Shown: positions 29,993 to 40,059, counted from the stretch's first letter. The stretch: DNA of 64,000 bases from Candidatus Latescibacterota bacterium (GCA_965221775.1 CBDCSU010000006.1:2432001-2496000); one strand, 5' to 3'. Numbers and translations: made by a program. Notes: generated from the letters alone by a model not told the origin.

Positions 29993-32077
29993 TGGGAGGT
30001 GGAGGGGATCTACGAGTTCACCCTGCCCGAGGGGGCGATCATCACCGACCTGGTGCTGTGGATCGGGGACAAGCGGGTGCAGGGGCTGATCATGGAGAAG
30101 GAGGAGGCGCGGCAGGTCTACGACGACATCGTGCGCCAGCGGATCGACCCGGCCCTGATCGAACAGGTGACGCCGAACCAGTTCCGGCTGAGCATCTTCC
30201 CCTTCCCGGCCCAGGGCAGCCGCCGGGTGGAGTTCGAGTACATGCAGCTGCTCGACGCGCGCAACGGCCGCATCGACTACACCTTCCCGCTGGCGCCGGA
30301 GACCGACCAGGCGCTGCAGATGGAGCTGTTCGTGCTGCGCGCCCACGTGCGCAGCCAGCACGCATTTGAGGCGACCACTTCAGGCCTGCCGCGGATCACC
30401 GAGGTGGACCGGCCGGATGCGCACACGGCGAACGTGTTCTACGGCGACGAGGACCTGACGCCGCGGGAGGACTTCACCCTCAGCCTGCAGCGGACCGGGG
30501 ATCTGCTGCTGCCGACGGTGCTCAGCTTCGCGCCGGAGGAGGACGAGGCCCTGGGCTACTACGCCCTGTGGCTGCCGCCGCTGCCGGAGCTGACCGATGA
30601 GGGCCCGCTGCCGCGCAGCCTGACCTTCGTCATCGACATCTCGTCGAGCATGCAGCGGGGCAAGCTGGGGGCGGTGAAGGGGGCGCTGGTGGCGGCGCTG
30701 GAGAATCTGGTGGAGAAGGACCTGTTCAACATCGTCGTCTTCAGCCACCGGGCCGACGCCTTCGCCGCGGCGCCGGTGCCGGCCAGCGCGTCGAACAGGG
30801 AGTCGGCGGCGGCCTTCATCAACCGGCAGGACGCGTTGGGGGTGAGCAACTTCGAGGCGGGTCTCGGAAGGGCGATGCAACAGGCTTTCCCCGCCGGGCG
30901 GGTGAACCACGTCATCTTCCTCACCGACGGCCTGCCGAACATCGGCGAGATCGAGCTGGAGCCGCTGAGCGAGTTGGTGGGGCAGTGGTCGGGGGGGAAA
31001 GCGCGGCTGTTCACCATCGGCGTCGGCCGCGACGTGGACCAGAACTTCCTGACGGCGCTGGCCGAGGAGCACGGCGGGGAGGCTCACTTCCTGTCGGAGG
31101 AGGGGGACATCGAGGAGGCGCTGCGGGTGCTGTTCGAGGAGTTCACCTTCCCGGTGCTGCTGGTGGACGAGCTGTCCTTCGGCTCGGCGGACATCCATGA
31201 CGTGCATCCCCGGGGCGTGGAGGCCCTGGCCGCGGGGCGGGAACTGTTCCAGGTGGGCCGCTACCAGCAGGGCGGGCTCTTCACCCTGAGCGTGAGCGGC
31301 CAAGTGGGGGACCGGGACGTGTCGAAGGACTTTTCCCTGGAGTTCACCCATACCGACGTTTCCCTGGAATTGTTGCCTCGATTGTGGGCCTACCAGAAGG
31401 TGCTGGCCCTGGAGGAGCAGATCGCCCGCTTCGGCCCCGAGCCGGAGCTGCTCGACGACATCCTGGCCCTGGGGCTCGACTACCGCCTGGTGACCCGGCG
31501 CACGTCCCTCTTTGCCCCGGACGAGGGCGTGGAGGTCAACCCCGAGCCGCGGGACGGGGAGCCTTCCTGGGCCCCCACGGCGGTGGAGGAGACGGGACAG
31601 ACCGCCCACTGGCTGGGCCGCGACTTCGTCCTGCAGGATGACATCTGGATCGACATGGCCTACGAGCCCGGGATGCCGAGGCAGCTCTACGAGGGCCTGG
31701 CCCGTCAGCCCGCGGAACTGGCCGCCTTCGCCCAACTGGGCCAGGCCATGCTGGTGGTGTTGGAGGAGCGGGCCTGGGAGATCCTCCCCGGCCGCCCGAT
31801 CCTGCACCAGAACGCGCCCAACCCCTTCAACGCCTCCACCGTGATCCGCTTCCTGGTTCCCGTGGGACTGGGTGACGCGGAGGTCCGCCTGAGGATCTAC
31901 AACCTGAGTGGACAGGTGGTGCGGGAGCTGCAGTTGGATGCCCCCGGGGCCGGCGAGCACCGCCTGTCCTGGGACGGCCGCGACGAGTTCGGCCGGGAGG
32001 CGGCCAGCGGCGTTTACGTCTACCGCCTGGAAGCCCGGGAGTGGGCGGTGCACCGGCGCATGCTGCTGCTGCGCTGA
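29798..32077 (+). CDS. Secreted VIT + von Willebrand A domain protein with FlgD-Ig/T9SS-like C-terminal domain
   Basis: EGIYEFTLPEGA (VIT), DISSSM MIDAS, IFLTDG, FTIGVG, NAPNPFN...WDGRD...SGVYVYRL. Confidence 0.92.
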   Translation: MHLRLILLTALLLTPLPALGIGYVYTGVGDDGRQHLELSSVTVEVRIDERVARTRTDQIFTNHAEWEVEGIYEFTLPEGAIITDLVLWIGDKRVQGLIMEKEEARQVYDDIVRQRIDPALIEQVTPNQFRLSIFPFPAQGSRRVEFEYMQLLDARNGRIDYTFPLAPETDQALQMELFVLRAHVRSQHAFEATTSGLPRITEVDRPDAHTANVFYGDEDLTPREDFTLSLQRTGDLLLPTVLSFAPEEDEALGYYALWLPPLPELTDEGPLPRSLTFVIDISSSMQRGKLGAVKGALVAALENLVEKDLFNIVVFSHRADAFAAAPVPASASNRESAAAFINRQDALGVSNFEAGLGRAMQQAFPAGRVNHVIFLTDGLPNIGEIELEPLSELVGQWSGGKARLFTIGVGRDVDQNFLTALAEEHGGEAHFLSEEGDIEEALRVLFEEFTFPVLLVDELSFGSADIHDVHPRGVEALAAGRELFQVGRYQQGGLFTLSVSGQVGDRDVSKDFSLEFTHTDVSLELLPRLWAYQKVLALEEQIARFGPEPELLDDILALGLDYRLVTRRTSLFAPDEGVEVNPEPRDGEPSWAPTAVEETGQTAHWLGRDFVLQDDIWIDMAYEPGMPRQLYEGLARQPAELAAFAQLGQAMLVVLEERAWEILPGRPILHQNAPNPFNASTVIRFLVPVGLGDAEVRLRIYNLSGQVVRELQLDAPGAGEHRLSWDGRDEFGREAASGVYVYRLEAREWAVHRRMLLLR

Positions 32078-32091
32078 GGGGAACGGATCAA

Positions 32092-32123
32092 GCCTCGGCC
32101 CCTGGAGGTTCAGGGGCCGGGGC
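32092..32123. terminator. Stem-loop between convergent genes
   Basis: GCCTCGGCCCCTG-GAGGTT-CAGGGGCCGGGGC. Confidence 0.6.
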
Positions 32124-32152
32124 CGGGGGTGCGGAGGCCGGCCACGCGCCGA

Positions 32153-32410
32153 TCAGCCGGGCAATCCGCGTTCGTCGTAGAGCAGATCGCCGTGCTCGGT
32201 GGCGGAGGGGCCCGGCCCCAGGAGCCGGGCACAGCGCTCCGCGATGGCGCGCAGCTCCCTCTTGCGGGTCTCGACGCTGCGCTTCCGCTTCTCCCGCGCC
32301 AGACGTTCCTGCAGGGCCACGGTGATCGCCCGGGTCTTGGTCTCGCCGGTCAGTCGGGCGAGCTCGCCGGCGAGCCGGCAGGTCTCGTCGTTCTTGATGT
32401 TCAGGCTCAT
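32153..32410 (-). CDS. VapB-type antitoxin (Rv0623-like), no adjacent toxin
   Basis: MSLNIKNDET...LARLTGETKT...LYDERGLP. Confidence 0.88.
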   Translation of the reverse strand: MSLNIKNDETCRLAGELARLTGETKTRAITVALQERLAREKRKRSVETRKRELRAIAERCARLLGPGPSATEHGDLLYDERGLPG

Positions 32411-32459
32411 TTCTGCCCCAGTCTAAGCGGCGCCGTCACCGCGCTCCACACCATCGCAG

Positions 32460-33557
32460 TCATTCGGACGGCAGGACCGGCGCCCCCTCGCCCGCCCCCC
32501 GCACCGCCCCGGCCCCGGCGATGACCACCTCCATCGCCCGCAGGCCGTCCCGGTGGGTCACCGCGAAGGGCTCGCCGGTGCGGCAGCGGGCGACGAAGTC
32601 GGCCACCTCGGCCTTGTAGGCATTCCCGAAGCGGCGGATGAAGACGGGCACGGGCTCGCCGTAGTCGCGCAGCTCGAAGGCGTGTTTCTCGATGACCTCG
32701 TGGTCGCGGCCGAAGGCTTCCACCCGCGCCCGCAGGGGGTCCTCGTCGAAGTGGCCCACGTGGATCAGGCCCTCGGCGCCGTAGATGAAGGTCTCGTTGC
32801 GGTAGCCGGCGACGTGGTTGCGGCTCACCTGGATCTGGGCCGTCGCCTCGTCGCCGAACCACATCTGCACGAAGACGTCGTCGAAGTCCTCCTCCACGAC
32901 GCCGGGGATGCGCTGGTTGTGCAGGCGCGCGCCGACGCCGGTGATCGCCGTGGGCGCGCCGCCGCCGAGCCAGAGGATCTCGTCGGCGTTGTGCACGGCC
33001 ATGTCCGCCAGTAGTCCCGGGCTCTGGTAGCCCGGGGGCGGCGGCTCGGGGTCCTCCAGCACGGAGACGGTCTTGAAGAGGCGGCCGATGGCGTTGGCGC
33101 GCAGCAGCTCCCGGGCCCGCAGAAGGGCCTCGTCGTAGCGCCGCTGGAAGGCGAGCATCACCGCCCGGCGGCGGGCCTCGTCGGCCTCGAGCCAGGCCGC
33201 CAGGTCGCGGGCCTCCTCGAGGGAGTCGGCCAGGGGCTTCTCGAGCAGCACCCGGCCGCCGGCATTCACCATCGCCTCGGTGTCGCGCCGGTGGTCCCGT
33301 GTGCGCGAGGCGATGACGGCGGCGTCGGCCACACCGGCGTCGGCCAGGGCCTCCGCCGAGTCGAAGGCGGCCACCGGCTCTCGCCCGCCCTCGCTCAACC
33401 GCGCCGCAACCCGCTGCGCCGTGTCCCCGTGGCGGTCGGCCACGGCCACCAGGCGGCAGGCGCCGGTCTCGGCCCCCACCTCCTGCACGTGCCGGGCGTG
33501 GAAGAGGCCGATCCGCCCGACGCCGATGGCGGCGACTCGCAGTGGATCCGGGGTCAT
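32460..33557 (-). CDS. Gfo/Idh/MocA oxidoreductase (inositol dehydrogenase-like)
   Basis: IGVGRIG, LLEKP, FQRRYD, DMAVHNAD. Confidence 0.9.
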   Translation of the reverse strand: MTPDPLRVAAIGVGRIGLFHARHVQEVGAETGACRLVAVADRHGDTAQRVAARLSEGGREPVAAFDSAEALADAGVADAAVIASRTRDHRRDTEAMVNAGGRVLLEKPLADSLEEARDLAAWLEADEARRRAVMLAFQRRYDEALLRARELLRANAIGRLFKTVSVLEDPEPPPPGYQSPGLLADMAVHNADEILWLGGGAPTAITGVGARLHNQRIPGVVEEDFDDVFVQMWFGDEATAQIQVSRNHVAGYRNETFIYGAEGLIHVGHFDEDPLRARVEAFGRDHEVIEKHAFELRDYGEPVPVFIRRFGNAYKAEVADFVARCRTGEPFAVTHRDGLRAMEVVIAGAGAVRGAGEGAPVLPSE

Positions 33558-33573
33558 CGGGCCTGGCCCCGCC

Positions 33574-34461
33574 TCACTCCCAGTACTTGCCGTAGAGGGT
33601 CCAAAGGCGCGCCCGCGCCTCGGGGCTGATCGCCTCCGGGGCCGTGATCACGGCGAATCGGGCGGAGCCGTGGCACTCGCAGTCGGCGGCGGCCGGCAGC
33701 CGCCCCGAGAAGCTGCGCACGATGCGGCAGCCCAGCTCGGCGTTGGCCCGCAGGATCTCGACCACCGTCTCCACCGAGACGTTCTCCTCGGTCTCGTGCC
33801 AGCAGTCGTAGTCGGTGCCCATGGCCAGCAGGGCGTAGCAGAGCTCCGCCTCGCGGGCCAGCTTGGCCTCGGGGATGGCGGTCATGCCGATGACCGTGGC
33901 GTCCACGGCGCGGCGGTAGAAGTGGGACTCGGCCTTCGTCGAGAACTGCGGCCCCTCCATGCAGACGTAGGTGCCGCCTTCGTGCACGGTGGCGCCGCAC
34001 TCCCGGGCCGCCGCCGCCAGGCAGGCGGTCATCCCGCCGCCGCAGAAGGGGTCGGCCAGCGACACGTGGCCGGCGATGCCGTCACCGAAGAAGGTCGCCG
34101 GCCGCAGGCCGCGGGTGCGGTCGAAGATCTGGTCGGGGATGACCATGTCTCCGGGCCGGATGTGCTCCTTCATGATGCCCACGGCGCTCACCGCCAGCAG
34201 GTGGGTGACGCCCGCCGACTTCATGGCGTGGATGTTGGCGCGGTAGGGGACCTCGGAGGGCAGCAGCCGGTGGCCGCGGCCGTGGCGGGGGAGGAAGAAC
34301 ACGGTGCGGCCGTCGATGAGGGTTTCCACCAACAGGTCGGAGGGCGGGCCGAAGGGGGTCTCGATCTCGTGCTCGCCGACGACTTCGGCGCCCTCCATCT
34401 GGTAGACCCCGGAGCCGCCGATGACGCCGAGCTTCACGGGGGCGCCGCCGGAGGGCGTCAT
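33574..34461 (-). CDS. mtnP: S-methyl-5'-thioadenosine phosphorylase
   Basis: GVIGGSG, RHGRGH, MEGPQFSTKAES, GMTAIPEAKLAREAE, TDYDCW. Confidence 0.92.
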   Translation of the reverse strand: MTPSGGAPVKLGVIGGSGVYQMEGAEVVGEHEIETPFGPPSDLLVETLIDGRTVFFLPRHGRGHRLLPSEVPYRANIHAMKSAGVTHLLAVSAVGIMKEHIRPGDMVIPDQIFDRTRGLRPATFFGDGIAGHVSLADPFCGGGMTACLAAAARECGATVHEGGTYVCMEGPQFSTKAESHFYRRAVDATVIGMTAIPEAKLAREAELCYALLAMGTDYDCWHETEENVSVETVVEILRANAELGCRIVRSFSGRLPAAADCECHGSARFAVITAPEAISPEARARLWTLYGKYWE

Positions 34462-35357
34462 CGCTCTCGCCCCGCGCCTCCGGCGGAGAGGCCGAGCAGC
34501 CCGAGGGAGTCGCGCTCGATGATCGCCTCGATGGCGTCGGGGTCCACCCTGGGCAGCGCCGTGCCCTCGACGATGTCGTTGACGGCGCGCAGGCGCTCGA
34601 TCGACTCGCCCACCTCGGTGATCGGCCAGTCGCTGCCGAAGAGGATCTTGTCGAGGACGTTCCACTCCGAGGCCTTGACCATCTGCTCCCAGAAGGAGAA
34701 GGGCCGGTAGAAATTGGCGGAGAGGTCGGCGTAGACGTTCGGGTGCTTGCGGACGACGACGCAGGTCTCCACCTGCCAAGGGTGGCCGAGATGGGCCATG
34801 ATCATGCGCAGCTCCGGGTAGCGCATGGCGATCTCGTCGATGACGAGGGGATGGGCGTAGCGGATCGGCGCGTCCTGCACCGGCGAGGTGCCCTGGTGCA
34901 GCATGATGGGCAGGCCGTGGCGCTGGGCGTAGTCGTAGACGGCCAGGGCCCGCGGCTCGAGGGGGTCGAAGTTCTGGTAGTTGGCGCCGAGCTTGACGCC
35001 CTGCATGCCCAGGTCGGCGCGGCAGCGCTCCAGCTCGTCGAGGCAGCCGGGGTCGAAGGGGTGGACGGCGGCGAAGCCGATGAGCCGGCCGGGGTGGGCG
35101 GCGGCGAACTCGGTGACGGCGTCGTTGATGTTGCCCTGCGACCAGTCCGGGTCGGCGGGATAGGCGGCGCCCCCGGGGCTCATGGCGATGCCGAAGACGA
35201 CGGAGACCTCGGCCGGCGCCTGGCCGGCGAAGTAGTCCTGCCAGGTGGTGGTGACGTTCACGGCGCGGTCGGGGCGCCACTTGTCGTTGAGTTCGGGCTC
35301 GGCCCCCGGAGGCAGCTCCCGGTGCCGGGGCGGGTGGGTGTGGATGTCGACGATCAT
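34458..35357 (-). CDS. Amidohydrolase-2 family protein
   Basis: DIHTH, MLHQG, MAHLGHPW, LFGSDWP. Confidence 0.9.
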   Translation of the reverse strand: MIVDIHTHPPRHRELPPGAEPELNDKWRPDRAVNVTTTWQDYFAGQAPAEVSVVFGIAMSPGGAAYPADPDWSQGNINDAVTEFAAAHPGRLIGFAAVHPFDPGCLDELERCRADLGMQGVKLGANYQNFDPLEPRALAVYDYAQRHGLPIMLHQGTSPVQDAPIRYAHPLVIDEIAMRYPELRMIMAHLGHPWQVETCVVVRKHPNVYADLSANFYRPFSFWEQMVKASEWNVLDKILFGSDWPITEVGESIERLRAVNDIVEGTALPRVDPDAIEAIIERDSLGLLGLSAGGAGRER

Positions 35358-36427
35358 CGGCTCTCCTCCGGAAGGGGCAGGTCGACGCGCAGCTTGTCGG
35401 CCCACTGCCGGACCTGCCGCCAGGTCTCGTCGTCGACGGAGATGCCCTCCTTCTGCCGGCGCCGCTGCACCTGGCCCTCGATCTCGCCCGGCAGGAGGAT
35501 GCCGTCGAAGCCGGCCGCCGGCGGCGACGACTTCACGTGGGCGAAGAAGCGCTCCGCGTGGCGGTGGAACTCGTCGAGGGGCAGGAAGCGCTCCACGTCG
35601 AGGGCGATGAGCAGGACGCCGTTGCCGAGGGGCTGGCCGCCGCCGATGCAGCCGGTGCCGCTCAGGGCGCCGGCGAGCAGCTCCAGGGCGACGTTGAGGC
35701 CGTACCCCTTGTGGCCGGCGGCGCTGCCGCCCAGGGGCAGGATGCTGCCCCGCGGCTCCCCGTAGAGGACGTTCGGATCCGTCGTCGGCCGGCCCTCCGC
35801 GTCGATCAGCCAGCCTTCGGGGACCGGTTCCCCGCGGTTGCTCTGGACCCGCACCTTGCCCTCGGCCACCACCGTGGTGGTCATGTCGAGGACCACGGGG
35901 TCGCCGTCGGAGCGCGGGGCCCCGAAGGCCAGGGGGTCGGTGGCGAGGCGGGCCTCGGTGCCGCCCCAGGGGGCCATGCGGTAGGCGGGGATGCCGACGG
36001 CGTTGACCAGGAGCAGGGCCGCCAGGTCGCGGCGGGCGAGGCGCTCCACGTAGCTGCCCAGGCGGCCGATGTGGCTGGCGCCGCGCACGGTGACGGCGGC
36101 GAGGCCGTGGCCGGAGGCCTTCTCGGAGGCGAGTTCGACGGCCCGGGTCATGGCCACCTGGCCGAAGCCCCAATGGCCGTCGAGGACGGCGGTGATCGAC
36201 GTCTCGCGCGCGACCTCGACCTCGGCGGCGGGATCGATGCGGCCGTCCTCGATGGCGGCGAGGTACTGGGGGACGCGGATGAGGCCGTGGGAGTCGTGGC
36301 CGGCGCAGTTGGCCTCGGCGAGGAGGCCGGCCACGGTGCGCGCGTCCTCGGGGGAGGTGCCGGCGGCGGCGAAGAGAGCGGCGGCGGCGTCGGCGATCTG
36401 GTCCATCGTCAGGGTCGGCATGCGCAT
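35354..36427 (-). CDS. Ldh_2 family oxidoreductase
   Basis: GHDSHG, DGHWGFGQ, HIGRLG, GHKGYGL, LLPGE. Confidence 0.92.
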   Translation of the reverse strand: MRMPTLTMDQIADAAAALFAAAGTSPEDARTVAGLLAEANCAGHDSHGLIRVPQYLAAIEDGRIDPAAEVEVARETSITAVLDGHWGFGQVAMTRAVELASEKASGHGLAAVTVRGASHIGRLGSYVERLARRDLAALLLVNAVGIPAYRMAPWGGTEARLATDPLAFGAPRSDGDPVVLDMTTTVVAEGKVRVQSNRGEPVPEGWLIDAEGRPTTDPNVLYGEPRGSILPLGGSAAGHKGYGLNVALELLAGALSGTGCIGGGQPLGNGVLLIALDVERFLPLDEFHRHAERFFAHVKSSPPAAGFDGILLPGEIEGQVQRRRQKEGISVDDETWRQVRQWADKLRVDLPLPEESR

Positions 36428-36491
36428 AGAATCGGGGGTGGCGCCCCCTTCGGCAACGGCCCCCGGCGAACCGCTATATTCCCACCCCCCC

Positions 36492-38921
36492 ATGCCGACG
36501 GACACCGACACCCTCGTACAGATCCCCGTTCGCGACCTGGTCGCCTTCGTGCTGCGCTCCGGCGACCTGGGGTCCGCCTTCCTCTCCGCCAACCGGGCCG
36601 TCGAGGGCACGCGGGGCCACCGCTTCGTGCAGGACCAGCGGCCGGAGGAGTACCGCAGCGAGGTGCCGGTGCGCTGCACGGTCGACGCCGGCGGCTCCCT
36701 CTCCCTGCAGATCACGGGGCGCGTCGACGGCGTCCTCCACGACGGCGGCGACCTGCTGGTGGAGGAGATCAAGACCACCTACGGCGCCCTCGAGGAGCGC
36801 CCCGACAACCCCCTGCACTGGGGACAGGCCAAGACCTATGCCCACATCCTGGCGCGGGACCTGCGGCCGCAGCGCGTCGAGGTGCGGCTCACCTACGTGC
36901 AGCTCGACAGCGGCCAGGTGCTGGAGGACGGGCGCCCCTTCACGCCGGAGGAGCTGGCCGCCTTCTTCGACGATCTCGTGGGCCGCTACCTGCACTGGGC
37001 CCGGGCCTGGCACGAGTGGTGCGGCCGGCGGGACGCATCCATCGCGGACCTCGCCTTCCCCTTCCCGGAATACCGCCCCGGCCAGCAGGAACTGTCCGAG
37101 GCGGTGCGCGAGACGATCGCCTCCGAGGGGCGGCTCTTCGCCATGGCCCCCACCGGCATCGGCAAGACGATGTCCGTCCTCTTCCCGGCGGTGCGGGCCC
37201 TGGGCGAGGGCCAGGTGGAGAAGGTCTTCTACCTCACCGCCAAGACCAGCGGCCGCACCGTGGCCGAGAGCGCCCTCGACGACCTGCGCGCCTCCGGCCT
37301 GCGCCTCAAGTCGTGCACCATCACCGCCCGCGACCGCATCTGCTTCAACGCCCGCGGCGGCCGCCCCTGCGACATGGAGACGTGCGAGTACGCCCTCGGC
37401 TACTACGACCGCGTCAACGACGCCCTCGAGGACGCCTTCCGCACCCACGACGACTTCACGCGAGCCCACATCGAGGAGACGGCCCGCAAGCACACGGTCT
37501 GCCCCTTCGAGCTGGGACTCGACCTCTCCCTGCTATCCGACGTCCTCATCTGCGACTACAACTACGTCTTCGATCCCAAGGCCTATCTCAAGCGCTACTT
37601 CCTCGAGTCCAGCGGCGACTACGCCTTCCTCGTCGACGAGGCCCACAACCTCGTGGAGCGCGCCCGCGACATGTACTCGGCCGAGATCCGCCGCGGCGAG
37701 GTGCGGGCCATGATCAAGGCCCTGGGCGAATCGCAGCCGGCCATCGTCCACGTCCTCGGCACCCTCGACCTCTACCTGGCGGCCCAGGTGCGCCGCTGCG
37801 ACGACGAGGGCGACGGCCGCGGCTGGCTGGACCGCGAGCCCCCCGAGGACCTGCTGCCCCTGCTTACGCGGATCCAGGCCGAGATCGAGCCGGTCCTGGC
37901 CAGGAACCGTCCGGCGCCGTGGCGCGAGGCTTTGACCGACCTGTTCTTCACCATCGCCGCCTTCCTGCGCGTGGCCGACCTCTTCGACGGCCGCTACGTC
38001 ACCTACGGCGAGAAGCGGGGCCGCGGCGACCTGCTGCTGCGCCTGTTCTGCCTCGACCCGTCGGGCCGCATCGGGCAGTCCCTCGAGCGCGGCCGCTCGG
38101 CGACCTTCTTCTCCGCCACCCTCACCCCCCTCGACTACTTCCGCCGGCTCCTCGGCGGCGGACGCGAGGACTTCGCCCTGCAGCTCGACTCGCCCTTTCC
38201 GCGGGAGAACCTGCTGGTCATGGTGGCCGACCACATCGACACCAGCTACCGCGGCCGGGGCCGCTCGTATGACGACGTGGCCGCCGCCATCGCCGCCGCC
38301 GTCGGCGGGCGCCGCGGCAACTACATGGTCTACTTCCCCTCCTACAAGTACCTGCAGGAGGTGCTGCCGCGGTTCGAGGCCGTGGCGCCGCCCGGCACCC
38401 TCGCCATGGCCCAGCTGCCGGGCATGAGGGAGGCGCAGAAAGAGCAGTTCCTCGGCCTCTTCCGGGTCGACAATCCGACCACCGTCGTCGGCTTCGCGGT
38501 CATGGGCGGCATCTTCGGCGAGGGCATCGACCTGGCGGGGGAGCGCCTCGTGGGGGCCGTCGTCGTCGGCGTCGGCCTGCCGCAGATCTGCCTGGAGCGG
38601 GACCTGATCCGCGGCTACTACGACGAGGAGGAGAACGCCGGCTTCGCCTACGGCTACGCCTACCCGGGGATGAACCGCGTCCTCCAGGCCGCCGGCCGCG
38701 TCATCCGCTCCGACACCGACCGCGGGCTGCTGCTGCTCGTGGACAAGCGGTTCTCGCGCGCCGACTACCGGGAGCTGTACCCGCCGTCCTGGGGCTCGCC
38801 GCGGGTCACGCGCAGCGACGCGGCGATCCGCGAGGAGGTGGGTGCCTTCTGGGGCGGCACCGCGGCGCCGGTGGTTGCGCCGTCGAGCCTGTTTGAAGCC
38901 CGCCCGGGAGGAACCCCGTGA
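36492..38921 (+). CDS. DinG/XPD-type Fe-S DNA helicase with N-terminal PD-(D/E)XK nuclease-like domain
   Basis: GRVDG...EEIKT, APTGIGKT, four Cys (ICF, PCDMETC, VCPF), DEAHNL, FSATL, QAAGRVIR. Confidence 0.92.
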   Translation: MPTDTDTLVQIPVRDLVAFVLRSGDLGSAFLSANRAVEGTRGHRFVQDQRPEEYRSEVPVRCTVDAGGSLSLQITGRVDGVLHDGGDLLVEEIKTTYGALEERPDNPLHWGQAKTYAHILARDLRPQRVEVRLTYVQLDSGQVLEDGRPFTPEELAAFFDDLVGRYLHWARAWHEWCGRRDASIADLAFPFPEYRPGQQELSEAVRETIASEGRLFAMAPTGIGKTMSVLFPAVRALGEGQVEKVFYLTAKTSGRTVAESALDDLRASGLRLKSCTITARDRICFNARGGRPCDMETCEYALGYYDRVNDALEDAFRTHDDFTRAHIEETARKHTVCPFELGLDLSLLSDVLICDYNYVFDPKAYLKRYFLESSGDYAFLVDEAHNLVERARDMYSAEIRRGEVRAMIKALGESQPAIVHVLGTLDLYLAAQVRRCDDEGDGRGWLDREPPEDLLPLLTRIQAEIEPVLARNRPAPWREALTDLFFTIAAFLRVADLFDGRYVTYGEKRGRGDLLLRLFCLDPSGRIGQSLERGRSATFFSATLTPLDYFRRLLGGGREDFALQLDSPFPRENLLVMVADHIDTSYRGRGRSYDDVAAAIAAAVGGRRGNYMVYFPSYKYLQEVLPRFEAVAPPGTLAMAQLPGMREAQKEQFLGLFRVDNPTTVVGFAVMGGIFGEGIDLAGERLVGAVVVGVGLPQICLERDLIRGYYDEEENAGFAYGYAYPGMNRVLQAAGRVIRSDTDRGLLLLVDKRFSRADYRELYPPSWGSPRVTRSDAAIREEVGAFWGGTAAPVVAPSSLFEARPGGTP

Positions 38922-38959
38922 GTGCGGCACCCGCCCGGCGCGCCATCGTCGCCGGCATG
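38918..38959 (+). repeat. Vestigial 5' stub of the AlkP-family gene; 38928-38959 is identical to 40081-40112
   Basis: cacccgcccggcgcgccatcgtcgccggcatg occurs twice; VSAAPARRAIVAGM versus MSTSPARRAIVAGM. Confidence 0.93.
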
Positions 38960-38982
38960 CACAGATTCAACTGTCCGGGAGA

Positions 38983-40059
38983 ATGAAGATGAAAGTCGGA
39001 AAGTTCATGATGCCGTTGCATCCGCCGCAGAAGGACCGCACCCAGACCTTCGATGAAGACATCGAGTGCGTGTTGTGGGCCGAGGAACTGGGCTTCAGCG
39101 AAGCCTGGATCGGGCAGCACCACACCGCCACGTGGGAGCCGATCCCCGCCAACGATGTGTTCATCGCCCACGTCCTGCCGCAGACGGAGAGGATCCGGCT
39201 GGGCACGGGGGTCACCATCATGACCCAGCATCATCCGGCGAACGTGGCGGTTCGTCTCGCCTATCTCGATCACCTGTCCAAGGGACGGATCAACGTCGGC
39301 TTCGGGCAGGGGGGCGTGCCGACGGACTGGCCGCTCTTCGATTTGCCGGACCCGCGCATCCAGGGTCTGATGAACCTGGAGGCGATGGACATCGTCCTGA
39401 AACTGTGGACGGAAGAGGGTCCCTTCGAGTTCAAGGGGGATTACTGGAACGTCACCATGGCGGAGAGAGTCCCCGAACTCGGGCTGGGGGAGGTGCTGAA
39501 GCCGTATCAGAAGCCGCATCCGCCGATCGCCATGAGCATCGTCAAGGAGGAATCGATGGCAGCCACCACGGGCGGCCGGCGCGGGTTCCTGCCGATCAGC
39601 ATCAACATGGCGCCCTTCCACAAGGTGAAACGGCATTGGGAGGTGTACTGCGAGGGGGCCGCGGAAGGGGGCCGGCCCGAACCGGACCGGCGCGACTGGC
39701 GGATCTCGCGCAGCATCTGCGTGGGCGAGACGGACGCCGAGGCGCGGGAACACGCCCTCGGCGGCGCCTTTGCGGACTCGCTGGTCTACCTTCGCGGCAT
39801 GCTCGGGATCGCCAACATGCTGGACCTGCCCAAGAGGGACCCGGACATGTCCGATGCCGACCTCACGCGCGAGTACTTCATCGACGAGATCGCCATCGTC
39901 GGCAGTCCCGACACGGTGACCGCGCGCCTGCAGGAGCTGTACGACGTGACCGGCGGTTTCGGCACGGTGCTGATGATCGGCCACGACTGGGACGACAAGG
40001 CGAAGATGAAGCGCTCCATGGAACTGATGGCGAAGGAAGTCATCCCACGTCTTCCATAG
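38983..40059 (+). CDS. Luciferase-like (LLM) flavin-dependent oxidoreductase
   Basis: AEELGFSEAWIGQHH, IRLGTGV, LDHLSKGR, PYQKPHPP, VGSPDTV. Confidence 0.93.
   Translation: MKMKVGKFMMPLHPPQKDRTQTFDEDIECVLWAEELGFSEAWIGQHHTATWEPIPANDVFIAHVLPQTERIRLGTGVTIMTQHHPANVAVRLAYLDHLSKGRINVGFGQGGVPTDWPLFDLPDPRIQGLMNLEAMDIVLKLWTEEGPFEFKGDYWNVTMAERVPELGLGEVLKPYQKPHPPIAMSIVKEESMAATTGGRRGFLPISINMAPFHKVKRHWEVYCEGAAEGGRPEPDRRDWRISRSICVGETDAEAREHALGGAFADSLVYLRGMLGIANMLDLPKRDPDMSDADLTREYFIDEIAIVGSPDTVTARLQELYDVTGGFGTVLMIGHDWDDKAKMKRSMELMAKEVIPRLP

Noticed and set aside
36492-38921. CasDinG or Cas4 of a CRISPR-Cas system
   Set aside because: No array or other cas genes nearby; the nuclease domain lacks the Cas4 cysteine cluster.
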